Positions 22,801 to 35,300 of a DNA stretch of 64,000 nt are shown here, in pieces (the stretch's first letter is position 1; the number at the start of each line of letters is the position of its first letter). A model generated the notes under the pieces. That model was given only the letters and a program-made list of their open reading frames with translations. It was not told the DNA's origin and did not search any database. The position numbers were made by a program, and so were the translations under genes. Origin of the DNA: Macrostomum lignano (taxonomy: Eukaryota). The DNA is taken from contig NIVC01000387.1 of NCBI GenBank assembly GCA_002269645.1, forward strand, positions 248,001-312,000, written 5' to 3'.

Positions 22801-25800
22801 GCGCAGCTGTCGCCGAAGGCAAAGACTGGACGGCAGCTGTCGACGAATACCTGGCCGCGTACCGGCGCACGCCGCACAGCTCGACAGGAGTCGCCCCGGC
22901 AAACCTGCTCTTCGGACGCCAAGTCAATGACACAATCCCCAGTCTTCACCACTCGCGACCTGTGAAAGCGACGCGAGCCGCCATTGCCGGAGCGGATTCG
23001 AAGGCCAAGGAGAAGATGAAGGACTACCGCGACCAGCGAGAACGAGCCGCTGACCATCAAATCCAACCAGGTGACCGCGTCCTACGGCGCCAGCAGCACC
23101 GACAAAAAACGGACACCTTTGAAACCGTACCGTGGACTGTGGCCGAGGTTCATGGAGATGCCCTGGTCATTCAGCGTGGCGAGACCACTTGCCGACGGCA
23201 CGCCACTCAGGTCAAGAAGCTGCCGGAGCCCCCGGCCACGCAGCAGGCCGAGTCCATCGGCGAGACCGGCGGCCAAGAGGCGCCCGACGAGCCCGCCGAT
23301 CCGATCGCGGCCAGGCCGCACCCGCGCCAGGCCAAAGACGAGGCCAAGAACTACAAGGAACCGGATCTCAGGAGACATTGAGTCTCAGTGATTGCTTTGC
23401 AGCAGCAGACCTTGACAATGTACTTTTTAGTCACAATATTTTGTTTTTTATTCCCCTGTTACTAATCCGCGCGTGGAGAGATGTAGTGCTCACGCGAGCC
23501 CAATTTATATGTACATCGGCCTTGCGTACAATTCATGCACTTCAAGTGCGGCGATTCTTCACCCCCACTCTGGTGGCGTGATTTTATTCCATAGTCTGAA
23601 AATAAATAAACATCGATCAGCCCACCTAGCAGGGCTCCACCCTTCGTCTCAGCAAACTTCGGCCTTCTTACTATAGCCATTACAAGCACCCGCACTGGCA
23701 ATACCTGACACTCATCAGCTGAGCACCAGCACTGGCAATCCCTGACACTCATCAGCTGAGCACCCGCACTGGCAATCCCTGACACTCAGCTGAGAACCCG
23801 CACTGGCAATCCCTGACACTCAGCTGAGCACCCGCACTGGCAATCCCTGACACTCATCAGCTGAGCACCCGCACTGGCAATCCCTGACACTCATCAGCTG
23901 AGCACCCGCACTGGCAATCCCTGACACTCATCAGCTGAGCACCCGCACTGGCAATCCCTGACACTCATCAGCTGAGCACCCGCACTGGCAATCCCTGACA
24001 CTCATCAGCTGAGCACCCGCACTGGCAATCCCTGACACTCATCAGCTGAACACCCGCACTGGCAATCCCTGACACTCATCAGCTGAGGGGCACTGGCGAT
24101 GGCACTCACTTGAAGAAGGCGGCGGTATTGTTGTAGTCGATGCGGCCGCAGTAGGGCAGCGCGGTGGTGGGCCGCGACAGCGGCCGGGGCAGCCGGGACA
24201 GCACGCAGCCGCACTCGGCCATGATGCGCTCGTTCAGCTGCTGGTCAATGCAGGCCGCATAGGAGTAGGTGTAGTTCACTCCCAGGTCAGTGATGACGGG
24301 CAGCCCAGACTCCTGGCAGCGATCGTTTGGGGAATCGTTGGCCTCACTCCAAAGCACCGTGTCGAAGGCAATCTCCGTCATCTTGCCTGCGCGGTTGAGT
24401 AGGGTTACTCAGGAAAAATCTATCGATGAATAGCAAACTGTTTAATCTTCATCAATTATGCACAGAGCTGCTGGCAGATTCCTACTGCAACACAGAGCTG
24501 CTGGCAGATTCCCACTGAAACACAGAGCTGCTGGCAGATTCCCACTGAAACACAGAGCTGCTGGCAGATTCCCACTGAAACACAGAGCTGCTGGCAGATT
24601 CCCACTGAAACACAGAGCTGCTGGCAGATTCCCACTGCAACACAAAGCTGCTGGCAGATTCCCACTGCAACACACAGCTGCTGGCAGATTCCCACTGCAA
24701 CACAGAGCTGTTGGCAGATTCCCACTGCAACACAGAGCTGCTGGCAGATTCTACACAGATTCTACACGTAACACAGAGCTGCTGGCAGATTCTACACAGA
24801 TTCTACACGTAACACAGAGCTGCTGGCAGATTCTACACAGATTCTACACGTAACACAGAGCTCAATTCTCAATCCTGCTGCAGATAGAGATTGCAGATTG
24901 CTGGCAGATTCCAAATGTGTGTACTGCAATTACATGGCTGTGTTGGCAGTAACCCACCTGGTTCCACGTGCACCCCAGAGCGCTCCACATCCGGGAAGAT
25001 GCCTTCCTCGTGCAGCAGCAGGCGCAGTCCAGTCGCCTGGTCGAAGACGTCCATGATGAAGGCCTCCTCATCCGGGCCGGGTTTCTTCGGCGAGTTCAGC
25101 CTCAGGATGAGGTACATGGCCGACACCTGGCGGCTGTCCGCTGCCGGGCTGACTGAGTAGCAGTTGAAGTACCTGGGGCTGGACACCAGGCTGAAGGTGA
25201 GGCCGCAGTCCCTGGCCTTGCCAACAAAGGAGTAGCTGCCCTGAATGATGAGGCAGTGCAGCAGCAGCTCGCCGGCCTTGTGCCCCATCTCAGTGGCCAG
25301 CTCCGGTTCCAGGTTCTGGTAGTACACGCTCAGCTTGTCGTACTGGGTCAGCTTGTGCGCCAGGTAGTCGCTGTTGCCTAGCAACAGCCGGCCGGTGAGG
25401 TTGCGCAGCATCCGGTTGAAGTCGCTGGGCGAGAGGACTCCGCCGCGGCGCCACAGGCGGTGAGCGCCATGCGAGAATGGATAGTGGCTGCACAGAGTGA
25501 CGGTGGGGAAGGCGCTGGCATTGTTGAACAGCATGGAGGTCTGGATGGCCACATCGTATTCCCAGTAGTTGCTGATGATACGGCAGCTGGAGTACAGCAG
25601 CAGGAGGAACATCGTGAGCACGAACACCAGCCAGAGGGCTCGGAGGAACCTCGAGCCGCTGTGCGCCACTTTGGAGACGCCGCGCAGTGAGCTGTTCTGG
25701 CAGAACAGGCGGCCCAGCTCGCTGCCCTGAGCTCCAAGGCGAGTCGTCGAGCCGGATGGCGCCGTTGACGAGAGTGCATTTGAAATCGGCGGCGGCGACA

Positions 25801-25801
25801 T
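16818..25801 (-). CDS. DEG/ENaC (amiloride-sensitive sodium channel family) subunit, 3 coding exons
   Basis: Exons 25801-24958, 24386-24110 and 17358-16818, with compatible phases (1 then 2). Contains TM1 (RFLRALWLVFVLTMF), FPTVTLC, YFNCY, GVHVEPG-K-MTEI, Cys-rich thumb (ACIDQ..ECGC..YC..YC..C.K.C) and TM2 IGGLCSLYLGLTMAFFVELLE. Confidence 0.92.
19137..19339 (+). repeat. 5' LTR
   Basis: TGTAGTG...CATTACA, contains AATAAA, followed by the PBS. Confidence 0.95.
19341..19358 (+). promoter_or_regulatory. Primer-binding site (tRNA 3'-end complement)
   Basis: TGGCGTCGCAAGCAGGAT, 1 nt after the LTR. Reverse complement ATCCTGCTTGCGACGCCA ends in CCA and looks like a tRNA 3' end (Ser-type by pattern, unverified). 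The first 12 nt recur at the true gag start. Confidence 0.75.
19353..21098 (-). pseudogene. Inverted gag-protease-RT(N-half) of the Gypsy element
   Basis: ATG at 21098 (MALQLPPP...). Two Zn knuckles (CIRCGESGHRSC, CDSCGKMNHLAKAC), protease LIDSGAS, RT motifs (IRITQDLREVN, FSELDVAKAFHQI, LCMGYTSASEIL). Runs into the LTR and stops at 19335. Confidence 0.92.
21149..23381 (+). pseudogene. RT(C-half)-RNaseH-integrase of the Gypsy element
   Basis: QRVMTTVLSGLPGVRWVHDDILI (RT, VHDD variant), IVDASPTG and ITDHRPL (RNaseH), HLGH..CISC (HHCC), LDFLGP / TDNGPPF / NGATER (DDE). Frame open to the stop at 23381. Confidence 0.93.
23482..23684 (+). repeat. 3' LTR
   Basis: Matches the 5' LTR; preceded by a purine tract and followed by the TSD. 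Confidence 0.95.
24460..24862. repeat. 30-bp (CACAGAGCTGCTGGCAGATTCCCACTGAAA) and related 41-bp minisatellite in ENaC intron 1
   Basis: Tandem units seen directly. Confidence 0.92.
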
Positions 25802-26841
25802 CGTGTCGGCAACCTCGGACCCATTGCGGCAGCGGGCGGATGCGGAGCTTGTCAGCGGCTGCGAAAGAGGTGGAAGGAAAGAATGTCATCTGAAGCAGCG
25901 TTAGACAAACCTGCTGGATCTTCTGGACTGCGTGGACAACACACTGACGCGGTCAAATTCCCAGGCAGATCTTCCTGTCGGAACTTCCAACGCTTCATTG
26001 CCCGAGAAGGTTGAGAAGCGCCGCTCTGATACATCGCTTTCATTTCGGGACTAAGTTGACATCCCCTTTCTTGTACCTGGGCGACAGGCGACCCGCAGCC
26101 AGAAATGGAGGCAAGAGCATACGTGCCTGAGAACCCGGGTACACTTCTCAGAGGGTGTGCCGCGGCCCTGACTTTCTGTACTTTGGGGGGGGGGTTCCTC
26201 AGCCTCAGGCGAGCCTGAGAGGTATTTCGGCTTGAGTGCTACCGCCGACCTACTCTGTCTTTGCTTCCTCAGCTGTGACCTTTGCTTGCTTGCCAGCCGA
26301 CACAAGAGAACATTGGCCGATCCCACTCTGCCAGGCTCAGCCCCAGCTCCCGTATGATTTTATCCTACAGGTGTCGGGACTCCCATTAAGCGAGCTTCGA
26401 TTTCAGCATCACATTTCTTGTCCCCTTAGACAGGAAAAGCCGAGTTGCTAAACAGTTGAGCCTCTGTTTGGCTTCTGGCCGGTTCGAATGCTTCCAGCTC
26501 TCAGAGGTGCAAAAAGCCCCCCCCCACCTGGGCAGAGCTGTAATTAATACTATGGGGCTGCGTGACCTGCTGCTCTTGCTGTGTATTTTCACTGCAGCCT
26601 TCGTGCCGGCATGAAACAAAATCTGGCACGGAAATTGATACGAGCCAACAATAGCAGGGTTGGCAGGAATGCTAATAAATTTTTGAGCTGAGTAATGGCG
26701 GGGGTTGGTGTCTGACTGTTGGGGCTGTAGTTTTTGTAAACATTCAAAACAGAAAAATATTTTGGCATTCAGGCAAAAAACACTGAAATGTTATGTTCCA
26801 TGTAAACGGAGAATCTTTGTTCTTAAAAAGAAACTTTTTAT

Positions 26842-27085
26842 TAGATAGGCTATGAGGAAGCTACTAGATAGGCTATGAGGGAAGCTACTAGATAGGCTAT
26901 GAGGGGAGCTACTAGATAGGCTATGAGGGAAGCTACTAGATAGGCTATGAGGGGAGCTACTAGATAGGCTATGAGGGGAGCTACTAGATAGGCTATGAGG
27001 GGAGCTACTAGATAGGCTATGAGGGGAGCTACTAGATCAGCTATGAGGGAAGCTACTAGATAGGCTATGAGGGGAGCTATTAGCT
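26842..27085. repeat. 24-bp minisatellite (CTACTAGATAGGCTATGAGGGGAG)n
   Basis: About 10 copies. Confidence 0.92.
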
Positions 27086-28130
27086 GGGCAATCAGAGAAG
27101 CAGGCTGCTCACCTCCAATAGAATTCCCTCACTGCACGTGTCCGCCATTGCAGTCTGGGAACTCAACTGAGCTGAATTTCGCTGACTGATTTATGCAGCT
27201 CAGCCTGGCATCTCCGGCACGTTTTGATTGGCTGGAGCACAGAGCTTTGCCAGAGGCCTTCTACATGGAACAGCTGCTGCAAGCGCTTATAAATTATCCC
27301 AGCGCCAAATTAAGAGCAAGACTTTGCCTATCGTACTAAAAATAGATCGGGATACATGAGTCCCAGCTGTTTATTCTGCGGAAAAGTTTGAGCAGAGTTT
27401 GAAATCCATCAAAACTTTAAAAGTTAGCTTTAAAGCCGCCATTATTAGGGTTCTCAGCGATTCTGTCGTCTTTTAGAAGAAAAGGACTTGAGCTCAGGGC
27501 TCTGAGCTGCTCAGCCAATGCTCCCGGAAGAGCGGCAGTCGCCAATTCCCAATGGAACCCGAGAATCCCCATGGCAAGAGCAGCTTATTGAGGCAGATTT
27601 AATCAGTTTTCCCAGGACTCGCGAGTTCGGGAGGCTGGGCGGGAAATGAACGCCAGGCAATAATTCGGCTTCTGGAAGCAGGAGGCCGTGTTGCCGCCGG
27701 CAACGAGGAGGAGACGATGAGGTGCAGCAGATAATGAGATTGGTGAATCAGAGTGGATCAGGTGCGTGTCCCCAGTGACCGATAGACTCAGGCTGAGCAG
27801 CTAAATGATAACTGAAACTGCTCTGGGAAGCTGGGCCGCTTGATTGATGCAGGAGAGAGGCTGAGGTCTGACTGAGAAGTGAAACAAGTACTAATCAGGG
27901 ACCACTAGAAGTTATCGGTGCATAAGGAGGCAGCACTCGCGTTTAAAGAACAATTATTGTATTTAAAGAATAAAGTCAAGTTCAAATGTGTTTATTGTTG
28001 CTCATTATTTTTTGCATTTTTTTCTAATTATTAAAAATTTTGTCCTTTCAAATAAAAACATTAATGCACTTTATTGTCATAATTGAGAGAGACACTGAAG
28101 CACTTGTGGGTCCTGATAGCACCGTGTTAG

Positions 28131-28206
28131 AAGAAGAAGAAGATGATGATGATGATGATAATGATGATGATGAAAGTGATGACGATGATGATAATGGTGA
28201 TGATGG

Positions 28207-28271
<65 letters not shown>

Positions 28272-28275
28272 ATTA

Positions 28276-28340
<65 letters not shown>

Positions 28341-28393
28341 ATGATAATGATGATGATGTTGATGATGATGACGATGATGACGCTGATGATGAT
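28131..28393. repeat. Compound trinucleotide microsatellite (GAA)/(GAT)n/(TAT)n/(GAT)n
   Basis: Seen directly. Confidence 0.95.
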
Positions 28394-29286
<893 letters not shown>

Positions 29287-29312
29287 GCATTGTACTATTT
29301 TTCAAGCATGAT

Positions 29313-29318
29313 TTTATT
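29313..29318 (-). promoter_or_regulatory. Candidate polyadenylation signal AATAAA of the sphingomyelinase gene
   Basis: TTTATT on the + strand, 60 nt past the stop codon. Confidence 0.5.
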
Positions 29319-29377
29319 TGTTCCAAAAATTATGAGCAATTAAGCCATGAAGCAAAATAATGTAAAGTCGTTCCGCT

Positions 29378-32300
29378 TTAACAAGGAAAAGTCTTGTCAT
29401 GTTTGCGCGCATTCCGGAAATGACAAATGAATTTCCGCTTGCAGTTTCCGGTACACACAGAGGGCTGGTCGCTGGGAACATTCAGCTTGTAGTGAAACCT
29501 GAATGTTTGAAAGGTTCTGTGAGAATGTGCTCGGGAACTGCAATTCAGAGCTAAAAAGCGACTCACCGGTAGAATTTCTGAAACAGGCTGTCATCGGATT
29601 CGAACCGCCGGACCAGGTCGGCCCAGCTTTGTGGGAAGGCGAGTTGCATGTCGTAGGCGGACTGGCAATCGTCAGGAATGAGTTTCATTGTTGGGGAAAT
29701 GAGTGGCTTGTAAATTTACACTAATTAGCCCATCTACTCACCGTGGTGTTGTACTCAAGGAACCCGACTGGCTCCCTGCCCTGCCCTGCCAAGTTGGCTT
29801 CCGTGAGGTTGAATATGTAGTTGCTGTAGCTGAGCACTTGCTGCAGTGGGTGGGTGGGTGAGCTGCTTGGGTCAAGGTGGGTGAGGGTTGCTTGGGTCAG
29901 GGTGGGTGAGGGTTGCTTGGGTCAAGGTGGGTGAGGGTTGCTTGGGTGAGGGTGGGTGAGGGTTGCTTGGGTCAAGGTGGGTGAGGGTTGCTTGGGTCAG
30001 GGTGGGTGAGGGTTGCTTGGGTCAAGGTGGGTGAGGGTTGCTTGGGTGAGGGTGGGTAAAGGGTTGCTTGGGTCAGGGTGGGTGAGGGTTGCTTGGGTCA
30101 AGGTGGGTGAGCGTTGCTTGGGTGAGGGTGGGTGAGGGTTGCTTGGGTCAAGGTGGGTGAGCGTTGCTTGGGTCAGGGTGGGTGAGGGTTGCTTGGGTCA
30201 AGGTGGGTGAGCGTTGCTTGGGTGAGGGTGGGTGAGGGTTGCTTGGGTCAAGGTGGGTGAGGGTTGCTTGGGTCAGGGTGGGTGAGGGTTGCTTGGGTCA
30301 AGGTGGGTGAGGGTTGCTTGGGTCAGGGTGGGTGAGGATTGCTTGGGTCAGGGTGGGTGAGGGTTGCTTGGGTCAGGGTGGGTGAGGGTTGCTTGGGTCA
30401 GGGTGGGTGAGGGTTGCTTGGGTCAAGGTGGGTGAGGGTTGCTTGGGTCAAGGTGGGTGAGGGTTGCTTGGGTCAGGGTGGGTGAGGGTTGCTTGGGTCA
30501 AGGTGGGTGAGGGTTGCTTGGGTCAGGGTGGGTTGCGGCGAGTTGAGGCGAGTTGCTTGGGTCAGCACTCATAGTTTATGAAGTCATAGCCAAATTAAGC
30601 TGTCACAATGTTCCAAGAAATCAGTAGAGCAGCTTGTTTATTTGCTCAGTTTACATTCCTAGTGAGTGCAGCTGGTGATGTCACTCACAAATGACGCCCC
30701 AGAGTAATTTCCATCAACTTCGTAGATCCGGTATGACGGGTTCTGTGAAGTCTTCAGGCTACCGGACACATAGATGGTGCCGAAGGCTCGGGTCTGGTTG
30801 GCTGGGTCCAGCATCACGGCGAAGTTGTCCAGGTGGGTGTGGCCGAAAAAGTGACCGGCGATTGTCGACTCGTATCTGCGAGTGTGTGAGAGAACAGACT
30901 GTGTCTTGTCTGTGCTTTAGGGAATCCATGCCTTGGGGAATCCATGCCTTGGGGAATCCATGCCTTGGGGAATCCATGCCTTGGGGAATCCATGCCTTGG
31001 GGAATCCATGCCTTGGGGAATCCATGCCTTGGGGAATCCATGCCTTGGGGAATCCATGCCTTGGGGAATCCATGCCTTGGGGAATCCATGCCTTGGGGAA
31101 TCCATGCCTTGGGGAATCCATGCCTTGGGGAATCCATGCCTTGGGGAATCCATGCCTTGGGGAATCCATGCCTTGGGGAATCCATGCCTTGGGGAATCCA
31201 TGCCTTGGGGAATCCATGCCTTGGGGAATCCATGCCTTGGGGAATCCATGCCTTGGGGAATCCATGCCTTGGGGAATCCATGCCTTGGGGAATCCATGCC
31301 TTGGGGAATCCATGCCTTGGGGAATCCATGCCTTGCGGAATCCATGCCTTGGGGAATCCATGCCTTGGGGAATCCATGCCTTGGGGAATCCATGCCTTGG
31401 GGAATCTATGCCTTGCGGAATCCATGCCTTGGGGAATCCATGCCTTGGGGAATCCATGCCTTGGGGAATCCATGCCTTGGGGAATCCATGCCTTGGGGAA
31501 TCCATGCCTTGGGGAATCCATGCCTTGGGGAATCCATGCCTTGCGGAATCCATGCCTTGGGGAATCCATGCCTTGGGGAATCCATGCCTTGGAGAATCCA
31601 TGCCTTGAGGGAATCCATGCCTTGGGGAATCCATGCCTTGGGGAATCCATGCCTTGGAGAATCCATGCCTTGGAGAATCCATGCCTTGAGGGAATCCATG
31701 CCTTGGGCAATTCACGCCTTAGGGAATCCATGCCTTGGGGAATCCATGCAGTATACCCAAATACACACCTGATGTCTATGGCGGCAACCCCTGCCATTTA
31801 ACCCCCCTCTTTACCGCTCAGCAATTTTAAAATAATTCCACGAGTAGCCCTTGATCACGCCATTCGGCGGGATGTGGCCCAGTACGTGCACTTTCTCGCC
31901 GCTGTCCTCATCCCGCTGCAGAACGTCGATGAACCACTGGTACTGGCCGTCCGGATCGGTCAGGTTGCCTAGCAGCCACCTGCGGTTTGTTTTAATGAAT
32001 AATACCTATTCAACTTCAAGCGCTAATCTGGGAAGGGGGGATCGATCGATTTCCAAGAAAAACGCACCAGTTCAAATCGCCGCCATAGTTCATGTTGAGC
32101 GACACGACGCGCAGGCCGGGCCTGAGCAGCTGCGTGTAGTAGCCGCCTCTGAAAGTGTGAAATCAGAGTGTGAGAGTCAGAGAGGTGAGAGTCGGAGAGG
32201 TGAGAGTCGGTGAGGTGAGAGTCCGAGAGCTGAGAGTCTGAGAGGTGAGAGTCGGAGAGGTGAGAGTCTAAGAGGTGAGAGTCGGAGAGGTGAGAGCCAG

Positions 32301-35300
32301 AGGGGTGAGAATTAGAGAGGAGAGAATCAGAGAGGTGAGAATCAGAGAGGTGAGGAATTAGAGAGGTGAGAGTCAGAGAGGTGAGGAATTAGAGAGGTGA
32401 GAGTCTAAGAGGTTAGAGTCGGAGAGGTGAGAGTCGGAGAGGTGAGAGTCGGAGAGGTGAGAGTCGGAGAGGTGAGAGTCGGAGAGGTGAGAGTCGGAGA
32501 GGTGAGGAATTAGAGAGGTGAGAATCAGAGAGGTGAGAGTTGGGGAGGTGAGAGTTGGGGAGGTGAGAATCAGAGAGGTGAGGAATTAGAGAGGTGAGAG
32601 TCAGAGAGGTGAGAGTCAGAGAGGTGAGAGTCAGAGAGGTAAGAGTCGGGGAGGTGAGAGTCGGAGAGGTGAGAGTCGGAGAGGTGAGAGTCAGAGAGAT
32701 GAGAGTCGGAGAGATGAGAGTCAGAGAGATGAGAGTCGGGGAGGTGAGAGTCAGAGAGGTGAGAGTCGGAGAGGTGAGAGTCTAAGTGGTGAGAGTCGGA
32801 GAGGTGAGAGTCGGTGAGGTGAGAGTCAGAGAGGTGAGAGTCAGAGAGGTGAGAGTCAGAGAGGTAAGAGTCGGGGAGGTGAGAGTCGGAGAGGTGAGAG
32901 TCGGAGAGGTGAGAGTCAGAGAGATGAGAGTCGGAGAGATGAGAGTCAGAGAGATGAGAGTCGGGGAGGTGAGAGTCAGAGAGGTGAGAGTCGGAGAGGT
33001 GAGAGTCTAAGTGGTGAGAGTCGGAGAGGTGAGAGTCGGTGAGGTGAGAGTCAGAGAGGTGAGAGTCGGAGAGGTGAGAGTCCGAGAGCTGAGAGTCTGA
33101 GAGGTGAGAGTCGGAGAGGTGAGAGTCGGAGAGGTGAGAGTCGGAGAGGTGAGAGTCGGAGAGGTGAGAATTAGAAAGGTGAGAATCAGAGAGGTGAGAA
33201 TCAGAGAGGTGAGGAATTAGATAGGTGAGAGTCAGAGAGGTGAGGAATTAGAGAGGTGAGAGTCAGAGAGGTGAGAATTAGAGGGGTGAGAATCAGAGAG
33301 GTGAGAATCAGAGAGGTTGAGGAATTAGAGAGGTGAGAGTCTAAGAGGTTAGAGTCGGAGAGGTGAGAGTCGGAGAGGTGAGAGTCGGAGAGGTGAGAGT
33401 CGGAGAGGTGAGAGTCGGAGAGGTGAGAGTCGGAGAGGTGAGAGTCGGAGAGGTGAGAGTCGGAGAGGTGAGAGTCGGAGAGGTGAGGAATTAGAGAGGT
33501 GAGAGTCGGGGAGGTGAGAGTCGGAGAGGTGAGAATCAGAGAGGTGAGAGTTGGGGAGGTGAGAGTTGGGGAGGTGAGAATCAGAGAGGTGAGGAATTAG
33601 AGAGGTGAGAGTCAGAGAGGTGAGAGTCAGAGAGGTGGGAGTCAGAGAGGTGAGAATCAGAGAGGTGAGAGTCGGAGAGGTGAGAATCAGAGAGGTGAGA
33701 GTTGGGGAGGTGAGAATTAGAGAGGTGAGAATCAGAGAGGTGAGGAATTAGAGAGGTGAGAGTCAGAGAGGTGAGAGTCGGAGAGGTGAGAGTCGGAGAG
33801 GTGAGAGTCGGAGAGGTGAGAGTCGGAGAGGTGAGAGTCGGAGAGGTGAGAGTCGAAGAGGTGAGAGTCGGAGAGGTGAGGAATTAGAGAGGTGAGAGTC
33901 GGAGAGGTGAGAGTCAGAGATGTGAGAGTCGGAGAGGTGAGAGTCAGAGAGATGAGAGTCGGAGAGCTGAGAGTCAGAAACTTAGAGGAAGTTGAGAGTA
34001 TAGGAAAGGGTGAGTCAGACAGACGCTGCCATCCGTCAAGTCCCTGAGCAATTCAGCCAATGCAGAAAGCGCCGAATACCTGAGCACGTTCGCCTTCTGA
34101 TCAGCCGGAATCCAGGGGGACAGGAGCTGCCACACCTTGGTGTACAGCCAGTCCATTGAATCGTTGCCCACTATGTACCGCGGAGGGAAGCTGGATTGGC
34201 AAGCATCAAATTTAGCTTCTTTTTATAATTTTTTATTCCAACAAATTTGCAATGCATTACACCAAACAAACCTATTCACTGGCACGCTCTCATGGTTGCC
34301 CATAGCAACCACCAGAGGCACGCCAGGAAAGTACTTTTGCACCAGCTGAGTGAAGCCGCTGTACAGGGCGATCTCCTCCTGCCGGGTCTGCTCCCACACG
34401 TGGTGGTCCGGCAGGTCGCCAGTGAAGTAGATCAGGTCGAACTGCTCGAGTGGGGAGTCAACAGGTGATCGACGGGTGCAGATTTTGTATTGAACTTGAT
34501 GGAAATTGAGTAGTTTTATGGTGGCTGGGTGACCCATCGAGTGGTCAAGTGGTGCTGTGTCCTCCCACTGAGTGAGTTTGAGAGGCTGCTGTGTCCTCTC
34601 ACTGAATGAGTTTGAGAGGCTGCTGTGTCCTCCCACTGAGTGAGTTTGAGAGGCTGCTGTGTCCTCTCACTGAATGAGTTTGACAGGCTGCTGTGTCCTC
34701 CCACTGAATGAGTTTGAGAGGCTGCTGTGTCCTCCCACTGAATGAGTTTGAGAGGCTGCTGTGTCCTCCCACTGAATGAGTTTGAGAGGCTGCTGTGTCC
34801 TCCCACTGAATGAGTTTGAGAGGCTGCTGTGTCCTCCCACTGAATGAGTTTGAGAGGCTGCTGTGTCCTCCCACTGAATGAGTTTGAGAGGCTGCTGTGT
34901 CCTCCCACTGAATGAGTTTGAGAGGCTGCTGAGTCCTCCCACTGAGTGAGTTTGAGAGGCTGCTGTGTCCTCCCACTGAATGAGTTTGAGAGGCTGCTGT
35001 GTCCTCCCACTGAATGAGTTTGAGAGGCTGCTGTGTCCTCCCACTGAATGAGTTTGAGAGGCTGCTAAGTCCCACTGAGTGAGTTTGAGAGGCTGCTGAG
35101 TCCCACTGAATATGCTAACTTCATTACTGACAGTAAGAAAATGCAAAAATCTTGCAGCTATTTTCTGCGCCCACCTGTCGATCCCTAGCGATCTGCTTGA
35201 AGGAGTTGTCGGCGGTCCACCAGGGCAGGTCGCAGTTGTAGTCGCCCCAGTAGGCGGCTCGGCGCTTCGACGATGCTGCAAAATTGACGTCGGTGCAAAA

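Larger units (their letters stand above)
19137..23684 (+). mobile_element. Ty3/Gypsy LTR retrotransposon (4548 bp) with an internal inversion
   Basis: 203-bp LTRs at 19137-19339 and 23482-23684 (TGT...ACA, no differences seen). TSD AGCAC at 19132-19136 and 23685-23689. PBS at 19341 and purine tract GTGGAGAGA before the 3' LTR. Domain order is gag-PR-RT-RH-IN. Confidence 0.96.
17790..24097. repeat. 34/37/40-bp minisatellite (AGCACCCGCACTGGCAATCCCTGACACTCATCAGCTG)n in ENaC intron 2, split by the Gypsy element
   Basis: Array at ~17790-19136 and 23685-~24097. Confidence 0.95.

Noticed and set aside
17790-24097. 34-40 bp repeat array interrupted by foreign DNA, resembling a CRISPR array with an acquired spacer
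   Set aside because: Head-to-tail units without spacers; the interruption is an LTR retrotransposon with a TSD.
26051-27900. Moderately GC-rich ORFs and CCAAT/TATA-like words upstream of the ENaC gene
   Set aside because: No recognisable family, termini or TSD; motifs too short to support a call.
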